Shown: positions 20,418 to 28,921 of the stretch, piece after piece
How positions within the stretch are numbered: position 1 is the stretch's first letter
Layout of the letters: each line of letters begins with the position of its first letter
Source: Octopus sinensis
Lineage: Eukaryota
Assembly (NCBI RefSeq): GCF_006345805.1
Contig: NW_021836980.1
Location: 1-28,921 of the forward strand
Length of the DNA: 28,921 nt
Direction of reading: 5' to 3'
Notes under the pieces: generated by a model
What the model was told of the DNA's origin: nothing
The model's input: the letters and a program-made list of their open reading frames with translations, nothing else
Database searches by the model: none
Program-made: the position numbers and the translations under genes

Positions 20418-20523
20418 TAAGCGAATAAATGGAAAAGAACTACAGAGTCAAGGCTTCATCTTGGCACATCAACAAATACATGTGTGTGTATGTGTGTGAG
20501 TGTGCATATTATGTATGTGTGTA

Positions 20524-20567
<44 letters not shown>

Positions 20568-20737
20568 TATATATACGCGTATATACATATATATATATAT
20601 ATATATATGTATGTATATGTATGCATGTATGTATATATACATACATATATATGTATATATGTGTGTGTATGTCTCTGTGTATATATATATATATATGATA
20701 TGCGTGTGTGTGTGTGTGTGGTGTGTACATGCATACA

Positions 20738-20889
20738 CAGGCGTGGCTGGGTGGTAAACATGTTTACTTCCCAACCATATGGTTCCGGGTTCAGTCCCAC
20801 TGCGTGACACCTTGGGCAGATTTCTTCTATAGCCTCGGGCCAACCAAAGCCCTGTGAGTAAATTTGGTGGACGGAAACTGAAAGAATCC

Positions 20890-20956
<67 letters not shown>

Positions 20957-21180
20957 ATGTATATGTGTGTGTCTGTGTTTGTCGCCCAGTACTGCTTGAC
21001 CTCCGGTGTTGGTGTGTGTACCTGCCCCTAACTTGGTGGTTCGGCATGAATCCAATAGAATAAGTACTGGGCTTCAAAGAAATAAAAAAAAGTCCTGGGG
21101 TTGATTTATTCGACTAAACCACTTTAAGGCGGTGCCCCAGCATGGTCGCAGTTCGATGACTGAAACGAGCAATAGAATAT
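20738..21180 (+). mobile_element. SINE family A, full length, diverged
   Basis: Collinear with 5501-5909. Confidence 0.88.
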
Positions 21181-21190
21181 ATTATAATTT

Positions 21191-21335
21191 GACCTTCTTC
21201 CAGTTTCTGTCTACCAATTCCACACACGAGGCTTTGGTCAGTCCGGAGATCTGGTAGAAGACATTTGTCTAGGTAGGATAGAACCCAGAACCATCTGGTT
21301 GAGAAGCAAACATCTTACCCACACGACCACGCCTG
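21191..21335 (-). mobile_element. SINE family A 5' half, diverged
   Basis: Reverse complement of the A head and middle. Confidence 0.8.
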
Positions 21336-21339
21336 TGCT

Positions 21340-22040
21340 TTTTAATATCGGTTTCAAATTTTGGTATAAGGCCAGCAATTTCGGGATGGGGGTAAGTCGA
21401 TTACATCGACCCCAGTACGCAACTGGTACTTCTTTTATCGACCCCGAAAGGATAAAAGTCAAAGTCAACTCAAAACATAAAGACTGACGAAATGCCGCAA
21501 GACATTTTGTCCGTCGTGCTAACGCGTCTGCCAGTTCTCCGCCTTCCTGTATCTTTCAATATCGATTTCAAAATTTTGGTAAAAGGCTAGCAATTTCGAA
21601 GGAGTTATAAATCGATTACATCTACCCCAGTGCTTTTTTTTTTTTTTTTCGCCCTTTTCAAGCCTAGCCAGGCTCATGGGCCCGGTTTCCCGATTTCTAT
21701 GGCGTATGTGTTCCCTGGAGCTGGACGGGACGCCAGTCCATTGCAGCGTTACTCATTTTTGCCAGCTGAGTGGACTGGAGCAACGTGGAATGAAGTGTTT
21801 TGCTCAAGAACACAACGCGTTGCCCGGTCCAGGAATCGAAACCTCAATCTTACGATCATGGTGCTGACACCCTAACCACTAAGCCACGCGCCCCCACACC
21901 CCAGTGCTTAACTGGTACTTATTTTATCAATCCCGAAAAGAAAAAAAACGTCAAGTCAACCCACGGTAAAATTCGAACTTAGAACGCATGAAACGACACT
22001 CGCTGTTTGCCCGGCCTGCTACCAACTCAGCCAGGTCGCC
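21340..22040 (-). mobile_element. Two SINE family B copies; the second is split by a SINE C insertion
   Basis: B copy at 21340-21545. The second B copy is 21555-21635 plus 21898-22040, and rejoins after removing the TSD-flanked SINE C. Confidence 0.85.
21636..21897 (-). mobile_element. SINE family C variant, full length, with poly(A) tail and 12-bp TSD
   Basis: Head GGCTTAGTGG...GTTTCGATTCC, central TTGTGTTCTTGAGCAAAACACTT, A-tract tail. TSD ACCCCAGTGCTT at 21624-21635 and 21898-21909. Confidence 0.92.
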
Positions 22041-22363
22041 CTATTCGTATTCCTTCCGATATCATTTCTTAATGAATGTTTGTTTAATTCTGTGTATTTC
22101 TTTCCATCGTACATTGTGAACGAGGATACAAACGGTCTTCTGAGAAGTGATAGAGAACGTCATACTCTTAACATTATCTCGTATAGTAAATATTCAACGC
22201 TTTTATCTCTCTGCGTTTCTGTCTGCCGCGAAGCAGGAAAAATTGGATTAATTTGTTGTGTTTTCTCTGTGCTACGAGGCTTCAGGGCGGATTAGCGAGA
22301 GACTGTCGAGGAAATTCAGATAAGGTTTGTCTGGGTGAGAACACACAATATTTGCGAACTTAG

Positions 22364-22405
<42 letters not shown>

Positions 22406-23329
22406 ACACACACACACACACACACACGCACACACACACACGCACATAGACACATATATACATATGCACATGCATATGTGTGTGTGTGTGTGTGTAGATA
22501 TATAGTGAGTGCGAGAGAGAAAGAGTCATTCATTCATGCATACATAGAGATGTATTACATATCCGCGCGTGCACACAACACACACACACATACATATATA
22601 AGTGTGTGTGTATGTGTGTGTGTGTATGCTTACATATGAGTATGAGAATGTGAGTGTGTATATACGGTATATGCATACATCTATATAGATGTGTGTGTGT
22701 GTGTGTAGTTTAATCCCTAGTCCCAGTATATGAAAGTGACCCCCACTACGTAACCCCATCCCCATCTCCCCCCCCCCACGCCGCCCTCACATTACTGGTA
22801 TGTCTCAATCACACCTCAAAGCGAACATACTAAGGAAATTAAACAGAGAAAATATCAGACAATCTTCAAATATCTGCGTAGTTAACGCTCACAAGTTCAA
22901 GCCTTACTTGTGAAACTATAAAGCCTTTTTATATAGCCAAAAGAATTCAATACATTCGTCTTGATCCCCTAGATTAAGAGTTCAAATCTTCATAGTTCTG
23001 ATATGTATGGAGTGTTAAGCTAAAGACAACTACTTCACTCGTTTTAGTTTTTATGGGTTTTTACCCCCTTTAGAGAATTACGATTGTTTGTTTTAGACTT
23101 GGGTGGTAAGGTCTAAGGAGGCCATCTAGAATAATAGTGCTGCTTGTTGTTCCTTGGATTACTTTCACAGAGTTCACCCTCTAGTAAGCATTCAAACGCA
23201 ACCCCACCAACCTTGCTTCTTGCCTCATTACCCATATTTCGTGCAGACGGCTCAGCATCAATTCCACACATTATCACCTGACTCATCTGGAATGGGAGGA
23301 GTTTGCAAGTACAATAGGCTCCTCCTCTT

Positions 23330-23540
23330 TCTCCACATTTTCCTTTACTCTTTCTCGTCCCCTCGTCCTACTCTCTCTTTCCATCTTTCTCCTCTCCATT
23401 CACCTCCTCCTCTCCCTCCCTTCCTTCTCTCCCCACACTTCATTCCTCCCTTCTCCTTCTCTCCTATACCTTCTCCTTCTGGCTGTCTTCCTCTTCTTCT
23501 CACTCTCTCCTCTTCCTTATCTCCCCTTTCTTACTCTTAG
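23330..23540. repeat. Polypyrimidine (CT-rich) low-complexity tract
   Basis: Direct reading. Confidence 0.85.
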
Positions 23541-24015
23541 GAGTTTGCCAATAAACGCAAAGTACCCAGCTGAGACAATATGTATAACGCACGTGTATGT
23601 GCGTTAGGTATGGAACTCACATGGCTATTTTAATTTAATGCACATTTGAATTGCGTTCCCCGAGTTGATTACAGCGCAGCAAGCTTTCCGCAATATCAGT
23701 GAATATATTTTTCACTGTTTCCTATATTTTGGAGGGGGACAAATTTCGTTTACACTTGAGACAAGCAGATACATATGAATGATAAAGTTCAAAAACACCG
23801 AAATGCATTCTGTGTTCTCATGAGTCAGTCAACTTCGATAGATGTTGCTTTTAAGACATATCTATGAAGAAATCTTCTCTGAAACAAAAAACACAGCTTC
23901 ATACTTTTCACAAGTGTATATACGTTAAGTATGGTACACGGAAGGCTATTTTATACATACATACAAACATACATACATACATACATACATACATACATAC
24001 ATACATACATACATG

Positions 24016-24422
24016 TGGAGGCGCAATGGCCCAGTGGTTAGGGCAGCGGACTCGCGGTCGGAGGATCGCGATTTCGATTCCCAGACAGGGTGTTGTGTGT
24101 GTTTATTGAGCGAAAACACCTAAAAGCTCCACGAGGCTCCGGCAGGGAGTGGTGGTGACCCCTGTTGTACTCTTTCGTCAAAACTTTCTCTCGAGCTGGC
24201 AGAAACGTTAGCAAGCCGGGCGAAATGCTTAGCGGTATTTCGCCTGCCGCTACGTTCTGAGTTCAAATTCTACCGAGGTCGACTTTGCTTTTCATCCTTT
24301 CGGGGTCGATAAATTAAGTACCAGTTACGCACTGGAGTCAATGTAATCGACTTAATCCATTTGTCTGTCTTTGTTTGTCCCCTCTGTGCGTAGCCCTTTG
24401 TGAGCAGTAAAGAAATAAAAAG
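24016..24422 (+). mobile_element. SINE C 5' part (24016-24192) joined to SINE B (24193-24422)
   Basis: tRNA-like head GGCCCAGTGG...TTTCGATTCCC. Switches to GAGCTGGCAGAAACGTTAGC at 24193. Confidence 0.85.
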
Positions 24423-24959
24423 TAAGAGATAAAAATTTATAGCGATGTTTTTATAGGGACCAACTAACAGTATTGTCAATATTGAAGAAGTAAGCTATAA
24501 TTCAATTTGGGTTGCTTTTTCCTCTCTGCTCCTTCTGTAAAGGAGTGAACATGTTGTGGCACTTGTAGTGCATCAAACATCCTTTTAACACACCTTGCAT
24601 CATTGATATCCATCAGACTAACGTCACATTGCTCTAGCAGCATCTGTCCCTTTAACTATACAACCCTACGTGTGAAGCTCTATAAGGTGGTAACTTGAGC
24701 TGCGAGAAATAGCAACTGCTTCTCACCTAAATTGCACTCGACTTCCTTAAAAACGACAGGCCATACTTAACGACGGAGTTTGTTTATAAAGGCGAAGGCA
24801 TGACTGCGTGGTGAAGAAGGTCGCTTTGCAGTCATACAGCTTTCGGGTTCGGATTCACCCCGCGGTATGCAGCATTTTGGGCAAGTGTGTCTTCCGCTAT
24901 AGCTCTCAAATCAAGCAATGCCTTGCTTTGCAATCATGTAGTCTCCGGGTTCGAATTCA

Positions 24960-25026
24960 CTGGCGGTCGATGCAACCGACTATCCCCCTCCCCCAAATTT
25001 CTGGCCTTGTGCCTATTATAGAAAGG

Positions 25027-25082
<56 letters not shown>

Positions 25083-25545
25083 CATTATTATTATTATGGA
25101 GAAGGTTGCGAGCTGCCAGAATCGTTAGCATGCTGGACGAAATGCTTAGCGGTTTTTCGCCCGTCGGTACGTTCCGAGTTCAAATTCCGCCGAGGTCGAC
25201 TTTGTCTTCCATCCTTTCGGGGTTGATAAATTAAGTACCAGTGAAACATTGGGAATCGATGTAATCAACAAGTTTCCTTCCCCCAAATTTCAGGCCTTGT
25301 GCCTATTGCAGAAAGGATTATTATTATTATGGAGGCTGCGAGCTGGCTGAATCGTTAGCATGCTGGGCAAGATACTTAGCAGCATTTCGTCTGTCGTTAT
25401 GTTCTGAGTTCAAATTCCACCCAGGTCGACTTTGCCTTTCATCCTTTCGGAGTCGATAAAATAAATATCATTTGAACACTGGGGTCGATGTGATTGACTC
25501 ACCTCCAAACCCCATCTCTCACAAGCTGCCCTTTTGCCAAAAATT
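24960..25545 (+). mobile_element. Cluster of three SINE B copies or fragments separated by (TTA)n
   Basis: A tail fragment at 24960-25027 and copies at 25101-25320 and 25332-25545. Confidence 0.85.
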
Positions 25546-25556
25546 CGAAATTGCTA

Positions 25557-26146
25557 TTACCCCCGCCTTAGCGAATGCAGAGGTATTGTTTTTCAGTCGT
25601 GTTTGTTTGTTTGTTTTTCCATGGACAAGAAATCTCAAGAACCGCTGGATGGATTCGGATGAAACTTTCAGGGACGTTTGGCCTCATGACTGGCGCAAAC
25701 TGATTAGGTTTTGGGATTGATCCGATACCGGACAAGGATTCTGGATTATTATTCTGGATTATTTTTTCCTAAATTTTTGAGAGCGGTCGGGTTCATTTTT
25801 AGTATTCTCGTTTGTGAGAGCATTCGAGTTTATTTCAGATATTCTCGTTTTAAAAATCATCTCTGGCTAATCGTTGAGAGGACGTTGGTGTTAACTTGGC
25901 AGAGGCTTGTGCTCTCAGAGTGCTTGTTATTATTATTATTATTATTATTATTCATTTTTTCAGTTTCTTTCGATCCAGTACCAGACAAGGATTCTGGATT
26001 ATTTTTCCAGTTTTTTTTACTCAATTTTTGAGAGCAGTCGGGTTCATTTTTAGTATTCTCATTTTAAAAATCATCTCTGGCTAATCGTTGAGAGGACGTT
26101 GGTGTTACCTTGGCGAAGGATTGCGCTCTCTCCGAGTTCTCTTGTT
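25557..26146 (+). mobile_element. Non-autonomous Helentron/Helitron2-type element (HINE, DINE-1-like) with a tandemly duplicated 3' end
   Basis: 5' sub-terminal IR TTACCCCCGCC with nearby partner GCAGAGGTA, then (GTTT)n. 3' sub-terminal IR CTTGGCAGAGG (25895-25905) plus hairpin GTGCTC-TCA-GAGTGC, ending in TT. A second 3' end lies at 25971-26146. Confidence 0.75.
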
Positions 26147-26747
26147 ATTTTTTATGTTAGTGAATGCAATGACCTACTTAATCACGGGGTCGGTTCTAGC
26201 TCAGTGCTTATATTAAGGGACCTGTCTAGTCTGGTCAGCTGACGGGTTGTTGTGTGATGTGAGTGACGGCGGTTAAATACAGGGTTTCCAGAGCTTGTCA
26301 TCGCTGAATATAGGGGGGTTTCAATATGAAATGTAATGATGACAGGCTAACAAAACGAGGGTGCGCTGTGTGTATGTAAGTATACACGTGACCTCTTGTT
26401 TTATCAGTTTTAATGATAACGCTGTCACTATTGTTGTCCTCTATCATTAAGTCCATCCAGATCAAGGCGACCTGCAATCTAATCAATGGCATTCCAGCCT
26501 TTCATTTCCATTTTTTAATTTTTAATTTTTTTTTGTTTTCAGACACAATGTACCTTGGACTGCAATCTTTAAAAATATCTTCCGTTTTTTTTTTGTTTTT
26601 TTGTTTTTTTCAGGTGGCAATGTTTGATTTGAGAGAATTTTGGTTGCTATTTCTAGCAGGTCAAACACAGAAGCCTTGTTGTAGGTTCTTGTAGTCGTGT
26701 GTAACGTGCATTATATGACTGACAAGGCGGAGGCATGGATGGATTGC

Positions 26748-27329
26748 TGGGCTCAGACATGGCGTGTGGTTAAGAAGTTTACTTCATTACCACATGGTTT
26801 CGGGTTCAGTCTCACTGTACCGCGCCTTGACCAAAGCGTCTTCTACAATAGTCCTGGGCCGACCAATACCTTTTGTCTGGATTTGGTTGATGGAAACCAT
26901 AAAGAATCTCGTTGTAAATATATGAATAGCTACGTGTGTGTGTGTCTGTCTTTCTGTGGGCGTGTGTGTGTCTTTGCGTTTGTCTCTACCACACTGCTTC
27001 GCAACCGGTGTTGGTTTGTTTACGTCCCTGTAACAAAGCGGTTCCGAACTCCGAGCAGCGTCCAAGTCAGTTCCCATCTCTGCGAGATATTTCCTCATGT
27101 GTAAGGCGGCGAGCTGGCAGAAACGTGTGTCTGTGTTTGTACTCCCCTCTGCCACCATCGTTTGACAACCGATGCTGGTGTGTTTACGTCCCCGTAACTT
27201 AGCGGTTCGGCAAAAGAGAACGATAGAATAAGTATTAGGCTTACAAAGAATAAGTCTCAAGAATAAGTCGACTAAATGCGGTGCTCAAGCATGGCCGCAG
27301 TCAAATGACTTGAAAAAAATAAAAGAAAA

Positions 27330-27330
<1 letters not shown>
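26748..27330 (+). mobile_element. Diverged SINE A (26748-27050), then a 22-nt SINE B head fused to a SINE A 3' domain (27103-27330)
   Basis: AAGGCGGCGAGCTGGCAGAAACG|TGTGTCTGTGTTTG junction at about 27124. Confidence 0.8.
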
Positions 27331-27369
<39 letters not shown>

Positions 27370-27370
27370 C

Positions 27371-27538
27371 ACTCACAGAGTGGTTGGCGTTAGGAAGGGC
27401 ATCCAGCTGTAGAAACACTGCCAGATCAGACTGGAGCCAGGTGCAGCCTCCTGGCTTCTCAGATCCCCGGTCGAACCGTCCAACCCATGCTGGCATGGAG
27501 AACGGACGTTAAACGATGATGATGATGATGATGACGAT
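27371..27538 (+). mobile_element. 3' end of an RTE-associated SINE or LINE with a (GAT)n tail
   Basis: GAGTGGTTGGCGTTAGGAAGGGCATCCAGC...CCAACCCATGCTGGCATGGAGAACGGACGTTAAACGATGATGATG. Tandem-repeat tails are typical of RTE-type 3' ends. Family recognised from memory. Confidence 0.7.
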
Positions 27539-27744
27539 ATATATATATAAAGAGGGTTAAGGGGTTAAGGTGAAAAAGAAAGAAAAGGAGAGGTTCGGAG
27601 AACAAAAGAGGTAGACACACAGACAGACAGTCGTTAAAATTTCACATACACATTACATTTCCCTGGGTAGAAGGCATTAGTACCCGTTTTGCCACACACG
27701 CGCAGGTTATTGTGTATAATATCCACCTCAGGTACCCGCTTACT

Positions 27745-28480
27745 ACCCTCACCACCGACACCAACACTACCACCGCCACCACCACCTTGCTCCAACCATC
27801 ACCACCACCACCACCACCACCGTTGCCATCATCGCTACACCAACCACCAATACCGCAAAGGCATCAACTTCACCGCTACCCCCACCTTCACTACTATGAA
27901 TCACCAGTCATCACCACCACCACAACTACTACTACTACAACTACTATTACTACTACTACTACTACTACTACTATTACCACCACCACCGCCACTACTACCA
28001 CCTCTACTACTACTAATACTACTACTACCACCCCTACTACTACTACTTCTACTAATACTGCTAATACTTTTACTACTATTACTAATACTACTACTACCAC
28101 CACCACCACCAGTACTACTACCACCATTACTACTACCACCACAACAACAAATACAACCATCACTACCCCACCACCACTGCCACCACCTCCATTACTTATA
28201 CTACCACAACAACAAACAACCATCACTAGTACCACCACAACCACCACCACCATAACAACAATCAACCATCACCACCACCACCACCACCACCGCCGCCACC
28301 ACCACCACCGCCACCACCACCACCACCACCACCACCGCCACACCACCATCGCCCACACACACCACCACCACCGCCGCCACCACCCCACCGCCACACCACC
28401 ACCGCCACCACACCACCACCACCACCACCACACCGCCAGCTCCATCTCCACCACCACCACCACCACCGCCACCACCGTTC
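27745..28480. repeat. Degenerate (CAC/TAC/CGC)n trinucleotide array
   Basis: Direct reading; source of the poly-P/L, poly-V, poly-G and poly-W ORFs. Confidence 0.95.
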
Positions 28481-28921
28481 CTCCTCAAAACTTGTTCCTC
28501 TGCCAACAACATGCAACACGCAATCTACGCATCGCCTTCTTTCACTCAACTTATTTCTTCCTCCCCCGACCCCACCACCACCACCTCTTCTTCTTCTCTC
28601 GTTCCCTCTCTCCCTCTCTCACTCACTCACACACTCTCTCTCTCTCTCTGTGCTTCTCTGTCTGCCTGCCGGTCTGCCTGTCTGTCCTTACTATCGTTTC
28701 TCGCTCTCGAGGAAATCCAACAAAAGGAAACATCGTCTTCACAGAAAACAAAACAAAAACAAATTCCAATACACACCCACACACCCACACACCCACACAC
28801 GCAGCACATTTACATCCCCTGCTACTTCTTTCCACCACCTTCTTCCCTCTGCAAGTCCCCCGCCCCAGCCTGGTACCTCTGTTCTCTCTCTGTCTCTGTC
28901 TCTATCTCTCTTCTCTCTCTG

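Noticed and set aside
23115-23288. Short minus-strand ORF MSQVIMCGIDAEPSARNMG... after a CAG acceptor
   Set aside because: Only about 58 codons, no recognisable homology and no supporting neighbouring exons.
24016-24090. tRNA-like sequence with A and B boxes (also the heads at 2126, 5501, 17313 and 21897)
   Set aside because: These are SINE heads continuing into SINE bodies; I could not fold a complete cloverleaf.
27689-28549. Pro/Leu-, Val-, Gly- and Trp-rich ORFs resembling extensins or glycine-rich proteins
   Set aside because: Degenerate trinucleotide array, open in several frames, with no splice or codon evidence.

Overview
Eukaryotic, AT-rich, repeat-saturated non-coding DNA, either a large intron or intergenic sequence. 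The SINE families match my recollection of Octopus (coleoid cephalopod) genomes; this is recognition, not a database result. I can support no intact protein-coding gene, tRNA/rRNA gene or CRISPR array. Nearly all listed ORFs are translations of microsatellites or SINEs. The window contains: (i) about 35 copies or fragments of three tRNA-headed SINE families, here called A, B and C; (ii) several decayed RTE-clade LINE 3' fragments, including a head-to-tail RTE-derived ~335-bp tandem and a SINE-B/RTE fusion; (iii) a non-autonomous Helentron (HINE/DINE-1-like) element with a duplicated 3' end; (iv) four minimal hammerhead-ribozyme-like motifs of the Penelope type between 2.9 and 8.6 kb, one with a compensatory U3-A8 core; (v) many micro- and minisatellites; (vi) short unique islands with homeodomain, COE and POU-type motifs that may be cis-regulatory. 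Repeat boundaries were read by eye and are approximate to about 10 bp unless a TSD or motif is quoted.
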